Assembly: GCA_009914755.4 (NCBI GenBank)
Contig: CP068257.2
Span: forward strand, 37,024,001 to 37,088,000
DNA from: the human T2T-CHM13v2.0 reference genome, Homo sapiens
DNA length: 64,000 nt
Direction of reading: 5' to 3'
The position numbers were made by a program, and so were the translations under genes. The notes beneath the pieces are model-generated. The model saw only the letters and a program-made list of their open reading frames with translations. It searched no databases and was not told the DNA's origin. Positions 40,963 to 52,636 of the stretch are shown piece after piece (within the stretch, counting starts at the first letter, position 1; each line of letters opens with the position of its first letter).

Positions 40963-41358
40963 TGATATGGTTTGAATCTGTGTCTCTGCCGAAATCTTGT
41001 TGAATTGCAATTCTCAATGTTGGAGGTGAGACCTGGTGAGAGGTCATTGGATCATGGGGGCAGATTTTCCCCTTTGGTGCTATTCTCATGATTGCATTCT
41101 CATAGGATCTGATTGCTTAAAAGTGTGTAGCACCTCCCCCCTTCTCTCGATCCTGCTCCTGCCGTGTAAGACAAGCCTGTTTCCCCTTCACCTTCTGCCA
41201 TGATTGTTAGTTTCCTGAGGCCTCCCCGGAAGCCAAGCAGATGCTGGAACCATGCTTTCTGTACAGCCTGCCGAACCATGAGCCAATTAAACCTCTTTTC
41301 TTTATAAATTCCCCGGTCTCAGGTATTTCTTTATAGCAGTGCAAGAACGGACTAATAA
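40963..41358 (+). mobile_element. MST/THE1-type MaLR LTR (more diverged subfamily, MSTB-like)
   Basis: TGATATGGTTTGAATCTGTGTCTCTGCCGAAATCTTGTTGAATTGCAATTCTCAATGTTGGAGGTGAGACCTGGTGAGAGGTCATTGGATCATGGGGGCAG...CCTCTTTTCTTTATAAATTCCCCGGTCTCAGGTATTTCTTTATAGCAGTGCAAGAACGGACTAATAAAC. Confidence 0.8.
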
Positions 41359-42511
41359 ACCTCTAGGAAAGGGCCAGACAGTAGATATTTGAGGGTTTGC
41401 AGTACATTCAGCCTCTCCGAAACTTCTGAACTCTGCCGTTGTAACATGAAAGCAGCCTTAGGCAACACATGCATGAATGATCGTGGCTGTGTTCCAGTAA
41501 ACTTTATTTGTGGACACTGAAATTTGACTTCTATGTATTTTTCATATGTCACAAAATATTCTGCATCTGATTATTTTCCAACCATTTAAAAGTGTAAAAC
41601 TGAAATATTCCTAATATGATTCTTTTCCAACCATTTAAATGTGTAAAACCATTCTTAGTTCATAGGCCACTGAAAAACATGGTGGTTGGATTTTGCCAAT
41701 GCCTTAGGTTTGCTGAGCTTTGTCCCTGTTTGTTCCTGGTGAGCCATCATCTGCACACTATGCCTGTTTCTTCCTTGAAGGCCCTAATTTATCCCTTTCC
41801 ATCCATACTACTCAGCTCTCCCAACACAGCCTTGAATCCTTCTCTACTGATTTCCACAAGAGGCCTTGATCCTAATCCACTGTACCAGATAATAACTGCA
41901 TGCCAGATAGGGAGGCTCCACCACAATCTTTCCAACAGGAGCTTTCCAAGTCTTTGCTTCCCTTTATCAGTGCCTTTTTTAGGATCAAGATTGCTTTGCT
42001 TCCTTTAGCCAGTGGGGTGGTGGTGAGAACCAAAACTTCTGGTGGTGGTCAGGGTAATTTTTTACATTGAGAGGAGCTAAGAACAGCTTTCCTATTGAGC
42101 AAAAACATCAACACCATGATGCTTCCTACTAAACATTCTCCATCCCCTCTCTCCCTCCTCCTCCCTCCCTTAAGCAGCAACCCTTGCATTCCTCTTTGGC
42201 CATTTCATGCTCAATATCACCTTGCTTATTTGCCATCTTAGTAGAGCACTGGGCAGTACTCAGTAAATCCTCCCTAAACATTGGCCAAGTGCTGAAAACC
42301 CCTGGGATGATGGGATTTCTGTACTGCAAAAACATTTCTTGAACATGAAGTTCCCCTCTACTATGTGTTTCAGGTAAATCCAATCCTCCAAATGAAGGAA
42401 AACAACTACGAAAATATTTTAGGCATGAAATCATGGTACAGGTTTGGATGCCAGGAACTCTGTTACTGGTGACATATTTTTCATCCGAGTAATTAATTAA
42501 TCAACAATTGG

Positions 42512-42877
42512 TGATATGGTTTGGCTCTGTGTCCCCACCCAAATCTCATCTCAAATTGTAATCCCCATGTGTCACGGGAGGGACCCAGGGGGAGCTGATG
42601 GGACTATGGGGGTGATTTCCCCCATGCTGTTCTTGCGAGAGTGAGAGAGTCTCCTGAGCTCTGATAGTTTAAAAGCAGCAGTTTTTCCTGTGCTTGCACT
42701 TCTCTTCCCTGCCGGCTTATGAAGAAAGTGCCTGCTTCCCCTTTGCCTTCCGCCATGATTGTAGCTTTTCTGAGGCCTCCCCAGCCATGCAGAACTGTGA
42801 GTCAATGAAACCTCTTTCTTTTATAAATTATCCAGTCTGTGGTATTTCTTTATAACAGTGTGAAACGGACCAATACA
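42512..42877 (+). mobile_element. MST/THE1-type MaLR LTR
   Basis: TGATATGGTTTGGCTCTGTGTCCCCACCCAAATCTCATCTCAAATTGTAATCCCCATGTGTCACGGGAGGGACCCAGGGGGAG...CCATGATTGTAGCTTTTCTGAGGCCTCCCCAGCCATGCAGAACTGTGAGTCAATGAAACCTCTTTCTTTTATAAATTATCCAGTCTGTGGTATTTCTTTATAACAGTGTGAAACGGACCAATACAA. Confidence 0.85.
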
Positions 42878-44529
42878 ATGGGGTATATGCACCCTGAGTG
42901 AGTATACATCAGAGGGTGTTCACCTTTCAGAGGAGGTAGGAAGTTTTGTGAAACTCATTTTTCAGAGAATTTTAACTCTAATAGCATTAAAAAATGTAAT
43001 GTGGATGCCAAAATTGGCATTGTCCCAGTCACTGCAAATCAAGGTACTAATTAATGTTTTCATCATTCTCCTATGCTTACCCGTATTTGAAAAATGAAGA
43101 CGTCTACATGGGATGTTTTTCCCAAGGATCAAGTACCAAGACTAAACAAAGATTCACTGCCTGATTGAGTTTAGACCCGGCAAGCACAAGACCATTGCTT
43201 CATCTCCACCTTGGATTGCAAAATCTTTCAGGACCAGGGCTGTTGGCTGAATAACTTGCTCCATGGTACCAGGATCTGCAACTCTTGGTGCAGATTGTGG
43301 ATGGAGGTGAGTGGTGAGACAGGGTGGCAGCTATCCTTGCACCTGAAAGAAGTTTGGTGACTCTCTGGGGCAGGTATGCTTCGAAGGGAGCAAGCTCTTC
43401 CAGCTGCAGGGGGACCCTGCACAGCAGAGTCCTCAGCAAACCTTGGCATTGCTTGTGGGCAGCCTCGCAGCTCAGCGGTGTGCTCATGCCAGCTCCTCTA
43501 GATGATGCTGTAATTGGATAGCAACTTTCTTCACTAGGTCACAGGTTCAAGAGCAGCCCAGACCCTTCAGATGTTGCTTTGTCCTCCCTCTCCCAGCCTG
43601 CACAGCATCAAGCTACTCCTGGGGCCTGCCTGTCCTCTCTTCTGCCCCTTACACAAGCTGGGAGCTGAGCTGAAGCAGAGCTGGTTTTAAAGCTCTGACC
43701 TCCATGAGGCAAGGACCACAAAAACCCTGGACCACAAAAAGCTAGGCTGCAGAGACAGGAACAAAAGCAAGGGATGGCAGGAAGCTGATTGACATGTGGG
43801 AATCCAACAATGCCCCAGTCTTCCAGGCGGTGTGGGTCATCTCAGCCAGCAGCACTCCTCAAATGAGAATGAGACAGGTCACCATGGGTCACAGAGCCTC
43901 TCTACCAAAGAAGGAGAAAAAGATCAAGGGGGGCTTTTGTAAAAAGGGAACATATGGACTGGCAAAATAAATCAGAGCTGGCCATGGGGTAAGATCTTCT
44001 TATCCGAAGACCGTAGTCATCGTTCCTGTCACCTTGGCTCTAGAATAAAGCCCACACCCTCATCCCTGACTTCTGTAGACTAATTTAAAAAGATTAAGTA
44101 ACGTTCCTTGTTGTCGCTATCAGGATGTGAACTTGGGGTGCAGCCACCCCAGAAGGGCTGTGCGGAATGGTATTGCTCTAATTCAAAGGACGAGAAGGGA
44201 ATTTTGGTTTTCATGAATTACATCATAGGGATTTTTTTTGTTTGCTGTTGTTTTTGTTGTTGTTGTTTTGCCAAGAAAACATCCTGAGTTCCCTGGTCCT
44301 GAATCTGACCTCATTAGGGGTAGAGGTTGGAGCTACGTCCCTGGCAACACCACCCTCCCACCTGGAGCAGCAGTGCTGCAGTGAAGAGGAGTTTCTCATG
44401 GTTTAGGGATAAAATGAACTGAAGAGTTCTCACCATGGCTGCCTAGGCAGCTGACGGGGCCACGGTAACTGACTCTGGATCCCACGTTCCAGCTGAACAC
44501 CAAGTTATGTCTTAGTCCACATGGGTGGC

Positions 44530-45070
44530 CATTGAAAGCACCCCAGACTAGGCAGCTTAAACAACAGACATTTATCTTCTCACAGTTCTGAAGGCTGGAA
44601 GTCCAAGATTAAGTTTCCGGCAGGGTTGGGTTCCCAGCCAGGGCTCTCTGGCTGTGTTCTCACTTGGCAGAAAGATGGTGGGGAGGGGGGACAGTGAGCC
44701 CTAGTATCTCTTTTTTAAAGGCCACATATCCTTTATCAGATCAGAACTCTACCCTTATCACCTCATCTAACCTTAATGACTTTTGGCTGGGCGCGGTGGC
44801 TCATGCCTGTAATCCCAGCACTTTGGGAGGCTGAGGCGGGAGAATCACTTGAGGTCAGGAGTTTGAGACCAGCCTGGCCAACATGCTGAAACCCCATCTC
44901 TACTAAAAATACAAAAATTAGCTGGGCATGGAGGCGCGTGCCTGTAACCCCAGCTACTCAGGAGGCTAAGGAACAAGAATCACTTGAACCTGAGAGGCAG
45001 AGGTTTCAGTGAGCCAAGATCGTGCCACTGCACTCCAGCCTGGGGGACAGAATGAGACTCCATCTCAAAA

Positions 45071-45105
<35 letters not shown>

Positions 45106-45215
45106 CCTTAATAACTTCCTTAGAGGCCCCATCTCCAAGTACCACCACGCTAAGGGTTAGGGCTTCAGCATAAGAATTTTGGAGAAACGTGAACTTTGGC
45201 TGTTGAATGCAGCCC
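44530..45215 (+). mobile_element. MaLR-class LTR (MLT1-like) interrupted by an Alu insertion (LTR parts 44530-44784 and 45105-45215)
   Basis: 5' part CCCCAGACTAGGCAGCTTAAACAACAGACATTTATCTTCTCACAGTTCTGAAGGCTGGAAGTCCAAGATTAAG...ACCTCATCTAACCTTAATGAC. After the Alu it resumes AACCTTAATAACTTCCTTAGAGGCCCCATCTCCAAGTACC..GGGTTAGGGCTTCAGCATAAGAATTTTGGAG. Confidence 0.65.
44785..45104 (+). mobile_element. Alu SINE, full length with (TAAA)n tail, inserted into the MLT-like LTR; TSD AACCTTAAT(G/A)AC
   Basis: GGCTGGGCGCGGTGGCTCATGCCTGTAATCCCAGCACTTTGGGAGGCTGAGGCGGGAGAATCACTTGAGGTCAGGAGTTTGAGACCAGCCTGGCCAAC..(TAAA)9. ccttaatgac precedes it and ccttaataac follows it. Confidence 0.93.
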
Positions 45216-45596
45216 CCATGCTCACTCCTGACTTCCTTAGACTAACCAAAAAACTTAATAGTATTCAACATTATTGCTACCAGAGTACTAAACTGCCTAG
45301 GATGAGAACTTGGGGTGTGGCTCCCCAAGTCCATAACAGATATGTGACAAAAGCACCCTCCTGGATCACTTTCACTATTCATTCATTCACGCGATTGTTC
45401 CTTGACTTAATACTTATCCACTGGAGTGACCGAAGGCCAGGTGTGCTCCCAGAGGCAGGGATAACAGTGGTGAGCAAGGAGCCACCATGCTCAGGGAGAA
45501 GTCAGACAAATAAAATGGAAAGACAGAAGAAAATAGAATGTGGCACTTCCCACCATAAGAACAAGTTGGTTTTCATTTGTGCACAACTTCACATTC

Positions 45597-45715
45597 TTTT
45601 TAGAGATGGGGTCTCACTACATTGCCCAGGTTGGTCTCAAATTCCTGGCTTCAAGTGATCCTCCCACCTCAGCCTCCTGAGTAGTTAGGATTACACACGT
45701 TTGCCACTGTCCCCA
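45597..45715 (-). mobile_element. Free left Alu monomer / Alu fragment (FLAM-like), minus strand
   Basis: TAGAGATGGGGTCTCACTACATTGCCCAGGTTGGTCTCAAATTCCTGGCTTCAAGTGATCCTCCCACCTCAGCCTCCTGAGTAGTTAGGATTACACACGTTTGCCACTGTCCC, the reverse complement of the Alu left arm only. Confidence 0.8.
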
Positions 45716-45897
45716 GCTACCTTGGTTTTGACATAATCTGGCCTGTAGCAGCTCCCTTTTCCCGTTCCTTCTTTAAGCTTTTCCAAACAGATGAATATCT
45801 TTCAATTTTCAGAAAAGTAATATCCTCAAACTCTTCAGAGTACTCCTCCCTTATCTGCAGAATTTAAACAATACCTCTTGCTTCTGTGTGTTGTTCA

Positions 45898-46287
<390 letters not shown>

Positions 46288-47240
46288 TTATTTTTTGTAT
46301 AATTGTAAATTATCAAAGAGGTCATTGTTTCTTTCTCCTTTAATATCATTTTAATCGGTGGATCTCCACTTTTCCTCCCCAGATTTCTTGCTCTGAAAAT
46401 GAAAAGTGGCAAAAGTAGAGGAAAAGACACTGGTGGGTAGAGTCATGACAAATTTGACATTTCTAAACTGGGCTTGACAGTGGAACTTTGAAAATATTTA
46501 TCTATCAGAAAATAGTTTCAGCCATGGGCAATTTGGTAAAAGGTTTAGTTGATGGAAAAACCGTAACTCAGTGTGACTGGCTTTAATGTAAGATGTTCTT
46601 GAAGGCCACAGAATCACCAGCATTTCCAACAACCTGGAAAATTTAGACCAGCTTGGAAAAATAACAGGGGGCTGGGGTCATAGCCAAAACACTGTGCAAG
46701 ATTAGATAAATTTATGTGCTTTAGAGATTTGGATTTAAATATTAAATTATAAATGAAAGCAATGCTGAGGCTGTGTTTAAACAGGGCTCTCTGCCTATGT
46801 TCTGGTCTCTTTTGCCTCCAAAAGATTGGAATAACTTTCCAAAATAAGGTGTGTGCTGCATCTATATATAGTTGTTTCCCATTTGCATTTCTCGTAAAAG
46901 TATGTGCTCCTATGGCTCCTTTAAGTAGTTAAAAAGGACTCTGCCCTGTGGGTGCTGGCCTGTGTCTCAGTACTTTTGTGTGCCTTCCAAGCCCAAGACA
47001 ATGACTTCTCTAAGAGGCAGCACTGCTCATCTGAGGTCCTTCCTCCTGCCACCCTGGCTGGTCTAGAGTTTCAGCCTCTGCACAGGCAATGGGCTAGTCC
47101 ACTTGAAGTGCTGGGTCCATTCTGCCTTTTTCACCTGCCATGGCCCTAAAACGACTCTCTTCTTGAATTGTCTGGTGAACATAATCAGATTTTCTCCAAT
47201 TTTGTTTCTGTTTTCATACCAAAAATGAAGAAAGCAACTG

Positions 47241-47600
47241 TGTTAGTCCGTTCTCACACTGCTATAAGGACGTATCCAGGACTGGGTAATTTATAAAGGA
47301 AAGAGGTTTAATGGACTCACAATTCCACATGGCTGGGGAGGCCTCACAATCATGGTGGAAGGTGAAGTAGGAGCAAAGTCATGTCTTACATGGCAGCAGG
47401 CAAGAGAGTGTGTGCTGGGGAACTGCTCTTTATAAAACCATCAGATCTCATGAGACTTCTTCACTATCATGAGAACAGCACAGGAAAACCTGCCTCCATG
47501 ATTCAATTACCTCCCACCGGGTCCCTCCCATGACACATGGGGATTATGGGAGCTACAATCCAAGATGAGATTTGGGTGGGGACACAGCCACACCATATCA
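47241..47600 (-). mobile_element. THE1-type MaLR solo LTR (minus strand)
   Basis: TGTTAGTCCGTTCTCACACTGCTATAAGGACGTATCCAGGACTGGGTAATTTATAAAGGAAAGAGGTTTAATGGACTCACAATTCCACATGGCTGGGGAGGCCTCACAATCATGGTGGAAGG...GATGAGATTTGGGTGGGGACACAGCCACACCATATCA, the reverse complement of THE1. Confidence 0.88.
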
Positions 47601-48149
47601 GCAACCCCCTTCCTGTAGAACAAACAAACCATCTGCAGAACAAAGGAAGAGTAAACCCAAGGCTTCATCATGGTGGTCCTCCCCCTTGCCCCTTTTTTCA
47701 TCCCTCAAATTATACATGGAGTGGCATTAACCATTAACCACTCTTAGGTTTAAAACCCTCCTCCCTGTTGCCCTGAGAGTAATTTCCAAAAACATAGCTT
47801 GGTGTGGAAGCCCCGCTCATCTTCCCAGTTCTAGAGTCCCCCAATGCCCCCATCTTTGCTCTCTGTTTCTACCATAGCCGAGTAGGTTCTGATTCTTTCT
47901 ACCTTCCCAGGTGTTGGAACATTCCAGGTTGGAGTGTTATTCTTACAACTCTTGTCCCCCATTTCAGTTGGCCAACTCCCACTCACTCTGCCAGGGTTTC
48001 CCCTAACCATCCCCCACTGTTGGCTTAAGTGGCCCCACCATGAGCTGTCATGCCATATCGCAGCGCTATTTTTGCACACTCCAATGTAATTGCGTTTGTA
48101 CAGCTGCTCCCTGTTAGACTCCTGGAGGGCGACGGCTGTTTTGTGTTCC

Positions 48150-48235
48150 CTGTTGTGTCCTCACAGCCCCGCACAGTATTCAGCATATGATATGTGTTGA
48201 ACAAATACTTGATGAATGGATGAATACAATTACAG
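48150..48235 (+). mobile_element. MIR SINE 3' fragment
   Basis: ..CAGCATATGATATGTGTTGAACAAATACTTGATGAATGGATGAATAC resembles the MIR tail. Confidence 0.4.
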
Positions 48236-49764
48236 GAACCAATGTTTAGGTTGAGCCATATGAAATGGCTGCTATTTAACCATTTTTAACCTACAAACAT
48301 GGCAGTTTCATGATTCTATCTAATGAACTAACTGTCTTAGGAATACTGTGCCCCAGCACAAAAGACTGCTTGAAATTACCTCCAAAAGATGTAGGGGTCT
48401 AGGCCCCATGAAGAGAAGCTTCAGATAACACAGGAGAGGACAAAGGTAGAAGGAAAAGAGGATTTTGTGAAAAGAACTGAACAGGCATTTCCAATCAATT
48501 ATATGCTCAGAATTTTTCCTGGTCTCCCAAATATTGCCCTTCAGCCTTGCAAACCATCTGGAAAGTTCTTTCCTCTGGATGAAGCATGCTCATGCCAAAT
48601 GTGAACTCTGTACTCTCTGACAGTCACAAGGAAGACTGTCAAATCAGGTATCACTATTGAAAAAAAAAAGAAAAATACTTTTTCTAAATCAGAAAATAAT
48701 TCAATTTTATTCAGCTTTCAGAGAACTAAATAACCATGAGATTAAAATGCCAAATTGTGTATCACACTGTAGGCTTATAAGTACTATTATTCAGAAAAAC
48801 TGGGTTGTAGGAGGAAAATGAAGCCCAAAATAAGAAACAAGAAAAAGTGAGATGGTCTAATTTGGGTGGAAGTTGAGAACATGCCGTTCTTGCCATGAGT
48901 AATTGAGAGTTTGATGGTTAAAAAGAAAACCGACCCGGTACTCTTCTCCTCCTCTGTAAGGAAGACCATTAAGGGCATAAATCCTTATCAAATCCAACCC
49001 CTCTAACTGGGATTGAGGAAAAGCTGTCTTGCATAAGGAGGGCTGAGGGTGTCTAAGCAACAACTACAGTTCTCCCTGGTGTTAAGGTCTCAAGTTAATA
49101 AAATGAACAATTCTGGAAAATGCAAATAGAAAACCAACCCCAAAACTGTGACTGCCATGTTTGTGCAGTGGATGGAATTCTTAAGTGTTGTGCATTCGGG
49201 CTGCACAGACTCTGTTTCAGAAAGATGCTTCCAAGAGGTGGGATCTATTCAACAGAATATCATCCACAATGCAGGAGATGCCCAGGGAATATCATTCAAA
49301 AATAAACCAGGAAAATCCACAATAGCCATTTATCATGCATTCATTAAGAACTTGGCTCTGGGGTCCAGAGAAACACAGATGAAGAAGCCGTAACTCTGGC
49401 CTCCAGGATTTTGCCTCTTGTGTGGGAGCTGAGCTGACAGAAGTTCCTGATGCCAAATGGGATGTACAGACACAAAGCAAGGATATGAGGGGGCATTCTT
49501 GGTTAACTGCCAGGTGTGAGGAGTGAACCTGGCATGCTGCAAGTCAAGGAAAGGATGGCAACTGATGGAAACTGGGAAGGTCTGTAAGACATCATGCAAG
49601 AGACAAAAGCTGATCAATGTTCAAAGGTTATGGAACCACTTCTCTGTTATGCTTTTAAAAAGCAACTTCAAAGAGGAAAAGGGAATGGGATAGTTTATGC
49701 TTTGTTCCTAAACCAAACGATAGTAAACTCTGAAATTCAAGTCCTTCAAGAAATAATTATTTCT

Positions 49765-49965
49765 CTCTCTGTCTCCTCTTTCTTTCCCTCCTTCCTTCCC
49801 TCCCTCCCTCCCTTCCTTCCTTCCTTCCTCCTTCCTTCCTGCCTTCCTTCCTTCCTTCCTTCTTCCCTCTCTTCCTCCCTCCCTTCTTTCTTTCCTTCTT
49901 TCTTTCTCCCTTTCTCTCTCTGTCTCTCTTTCTCTTTGTTTATCCTTCTCTCTCCCCTCCTAAAT
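49765..49965. repeat. Long polypyrimidine/polypurine mirror-repeat tract ((CTTCC)n/(TCCC)n/(TTTC)n), ~200 bp
   Basis: ctctctctgtctcctctttctttccctccttccttccctccctccctcccttccttccttccttcc...ctttctctctctgtctctctttctc. The plus strand is >97 % pyrimidine. It explains the ORF pair at 49594-50027. Confidence 0.95.
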
Positions 49966-50289
49966 GAGTGAGGTAAATTTAATTGGGTCTGTGAAATCTC
50001 ATACCCTTTGGGTTGATATGAAGACACTAGGAAAGTACAACTTTATCTGACTACAAACATGATTATCTGTTGTGTTTTTCTAAAGAGTGTTTTCCTTTTA
50101 TGGATAAATTTATCTCATTTACTTTTATTGACATGTTTAGAATTATTTCTGATGTTTTATTTCTTTTTATGCTTTCTGGATTTTTTTAACCTTTAAATTG
50201 AAGTATAACATATATATAGAAAAATAAACAAATCAAAACTGTATAACTTGAAAAACTTTTATAGAGTTGAAGCATCTGAGGAACCACCA

Positions 50290-50590
50290 CCCAGATCAAG
50301 AAATGAAACATGACTTCTCACTTATAAATGGGAGCTAAACATGAGTATACATGGACATAAAGATGGGGATAATAGACACTGAGAATTGCAAAATGGGGGA
50401 GCGTAGGAGGGGAGTGAGGGTTAAGAAATTACCTATTGAGTACAATGTTCAATATTTGGATAATGGGTAGAATAGAATCTCAATCTCCATCATTAGACAT
50501 GTAATACCCAAGCAACAAACAAGTACATGTACCCACTGAATCTAAAGTAAAAGTAAAAATAAAATAAATAAAATAATTTTAAAAAAAATG
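50290..50590 (+). mobile_element. Older L1 (L1PB/L1MA-like) 3'-end fragment
   Basis: ..CACTTATAAATGGGAGCTAAACATGAGTATACATGGACATAAAGATGGGGATAATAGACACTGAGAATTGCAAAATGGGGGAGCGTAGGAGGGGAGTGAGGGTTAAGAAATTACCTATTGAGTACAATGTTCAATATTTGGATAATGGGTAGAATAGAATCTCAATCTCCATCATTAGACATGTAATACCCAAGCAACAAACAAGTACATGTACCCACTGAATCTAAAGTAAAAGT..A-rich. Confidence 0.75.
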
Positions 50591-50679
50591 GAATATGACT
50601 GTCATCTACAAACCATTGAGATCCTTCCAGTCACTAACATTCCCCTGGGGTAACCACCAGCCTGATTTCTAATTCCATT

Positions 50680-50892
50680 TTTGCCTATTTTTGAACTTTA
50701 TATACATGGAATCATGTAGTATATACATTTTCATGTCTAGCTTCTTTTGCTCAATATCATGTTTAAGACATTTAATCATATAGTTGCATGCAGTTGTAGT
50801 TTATTCATTCTTATTGCTGAATAGTATTCCATTGTGTGGTTATACCACAATCAATTTACCCATTCCACTGTTGTTATGCATTTGGATAGTTT
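50680..50892 (-). mobile_element. Old L1 ORF2-3' region fragment in antisense orientation
   Basis: CATGGAATCATGTAGTATATACATTTTCATGTCTAGCTTCTTTTGCTCAATATCATGTTTAAGACATTTAATCATATAGTTGCATGCAGTTGTAGTTTATTCATTCTTATTGCTGAATAGTATTCCATTGTGTGGTTATACCACAATCAATTTACCCATTCCACTGTTGTTATGCATTTGGATAGTTTCC, the classic antisense L1 segment. Confidence 0.75.
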
Positions 50893-51195
50893 CCTCATTC
50901 TCAGCAAACTATCGCAAGGACAAAAAAACAAACACCACATGTTCTCACTCATAGGTGGGAATTGAACAATGAGAACACATGGACACAGGAAGGGGAACAT
51001 CACACACCGGGGACTGTTGTGGGGTGGGGGGAGGGGGGAGGGATAGCATTAGGAGATATACCTAATTCTAAATGACGAGTTAATGGGTGCAGCACACCAA
51101 CATGGCACATGTATACATATGTAACTAACCTGCACGTTGTGCACATGTACCCTAAAACTTAAAGTATAATAATAATAAAATTAAAAAAAAAAGAA
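50893..51195 (+). mobile_element. Young L1 (L1PA2/L1HS-like) 5'-truncated 3' end (~300 bp) with poly-A
   Basis: TCATTCTCAGCAAACTATCGCAAGGACAAAAAAACAAACACCACATGTTCTCACTCATAGGTGGGAATTGAACAATGAGAACACATGGACACAGGAAGGGGAACATCACACACCGGGGACTGTTGTGGGGTGGGGGGAGGGGGGAGGGATAGCATTAGGAGATATACCTAAT..TAAATGACGAGTTAATGGGTGCAGCACACCAACATGGCACATGTATACATATGTAACTAACCTGCACGTTGTGCACATGTACCCTAAAACTTAAAGTATAATAATAATAAAATTAAAAAAAAAA. Nearly identical to the young human L1 3' UTR as I recall it. Confidence 0.9.
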
Positions 51196-52086
51196 ATAGT
51201 TCTACTATAAACATTCTTGTACTTGTCTGTTTGTGAACATATGTATGTATTTGTGTTTGGCACCTACAAATGGAATTGCCAGGTAGTCATAGGGTTTGTG
51301 GATTGTCAGGTTTAGTCGGTTCTGCCAAGTAGCTTTTCAAGGCAGTTGTGAAGATTTACATTCCCACCAGCAATCAGAAAGCCAATATGATTGAAACTGT
51401 AATGCTTCCTCAGACAATAAACATATATTGAAGAAACCCCTTCTATACCAAGTCAGCATGGCCTGAGAGCTTAAGTATTAAACATTTTTGTTGCTTTCTT
51501 AGGACAAAAATAAGAGTTAGCTACACTGTTTTTAAAAGGAAGGAGGCTAGGAAGAAGTGGGTTCTGATAAGCATTAAGGACTCCTTTCCAAGATGAATGA
51601 ATAATGTAAACTAAATAAAGGCTGATGAAATGGCACAAAATAACAGTTAAGAATTACCAAGATCATGCCAGAGGGTGGTTAGAGAACCAGATGTTTCCAG
51701 GAAATTATGGTCCTTGTTTTGAACTCAGCTGGCCAAAAGCTGGGTAAAATTGTACATGTTTAACTCACAGGACTATCTGACAACAATGTTTATCCCACTT
51801 TGCAAAGAAAAATTTCCTGAGATACATCAGGAAGAAAATGCTGATAAGATTTTTTAAACTCAGGGGATACGTTTTTTAAGAACTTTCTAAGTTAATAATT
51901 TAATGATTTCTGCATTATTTTCCAGCATCATTAGCTTTAAAAATGTTGAAAGAAATTGAAAGTGAACATCCAAACTGGCTGGAGACTTGGAAAGGTGAAA
52001 TCTTTTCTAAGCTGCAGGAAAATGCAATGGAACTTCAGTGATAAAGACACATCCTTGTAATGATTTCCCATAGATTCAAAAAGAGC

Positions 52087-52224
52087 AGGCCAGGTGCGGT
52101 GGCTCATGTCCGTTATCCCAGCACTTCAGGAGGCCAAGGTGGGCGGATCACCTGAGGTCAGGAGTTCAAGACCAGCCTGGTCAACATGGTGAAACCCTGT
52201 CTCTATTAAATAAAAAAAAAAAAG
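52087..52224 (+). mobile_element. Free left Alu monomer (FLAM-like) with A-tail
   Basis: GGCCAGGTGCGGTGGCTCATGTCCGTTATCCCAGCACTTCAGGAGGCCAAGGTGGGCGGATCACCTGAGGTCAGGAGTTCAAGACCAGCCTGGTCAACATGGTGAAACCCTGTCTCTATTAAATAAAAAAAAAAA. No right arm follows. Confidence 0.85.
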
Positions 52225-52334
52225 AAAGAGAGAGAGCATACAGTATAGGCACACAAGTCTACATACAAGGGTATAAAATATTTCCAGAAAGAGATACAGA
52301 TCTTACCACACTTGTTCTCTTCTTAAAACTCTTC

Positions 52335-52636
52335 GGCCGGGCGTGGTGGCTCATGCCTGTGGTCCCAGCACTTTGGGAGGCCGAGGTGGGTGGATCACGA
52401 GGTCAGGAGATCAAGACCATCCTGACTAACACGGTGAAACCCCATCTCTACTAAAAATACAAAAAATTAGCTGGGTGTGGTGGCAGGCGCCTGTAGTCCC
52501 AGCTACTCAGGAGGCTGAGGCAGGAGAATGGCATGAGCCTGGGAGGCAGAGCTTGCAGTGAGCCGAGATCATGAACTCCAGCCTGGGAGACAGAGCAAGA
52601 CTCCATATCAAAAAAAAGAAAGGAAAAAAAAAAAAA
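52335..52636 (+). mobile_element. Alu SINE (AluY/S-like); TSD AAAACTCTTC
   Basis: GGCCGGGCGTGGTGGCTCATGCCTGTGGTCCCAGCACTTTGGGAGGCCGAGGTGGGTGGATCACGAGGTCAGGAGATCAAGACCATCCTGACTAACACGGTGAAACCCCATCTCTACTAAAAATACAAAAAATTAGCTGGG.. aaaactcttc lies at 52325-52334 and again after the A-tail at 52635-52644. The right arm has a small internal deletion (GATCATGAACTCCAGCCTGG). Confidence 0.93.

Noticed and set aside
40963-42877. Full-length THE1/MST provirus (LTR-internal-LTR)
   Set aside because: I did not call it as a single element because the two LTRs differ substantially in their 5' halves (MSTB-like versus THE1/MSTA-like), and I could not identify a shared TSD. I report it as two LTRs, with the possibility noted in the findings.
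45179-45658. 159-aa ORF MEKRELWLLNAAPMLTPDF...
   Set aside because: It spans the 3' part of an MLT-like LTR plus unique DNA and the FLAM fragment. It has no coding features and is a chance ORF across repeats.
49594-50027. 125-aa Ser/Leu/Pro/Phe-rich ORF and a 93-aa Lys/Glu/Arg/Gly-rich antisense ORF
   Set aside because: They are translations of the 200-bp polypyrimidine/polypurine tract.
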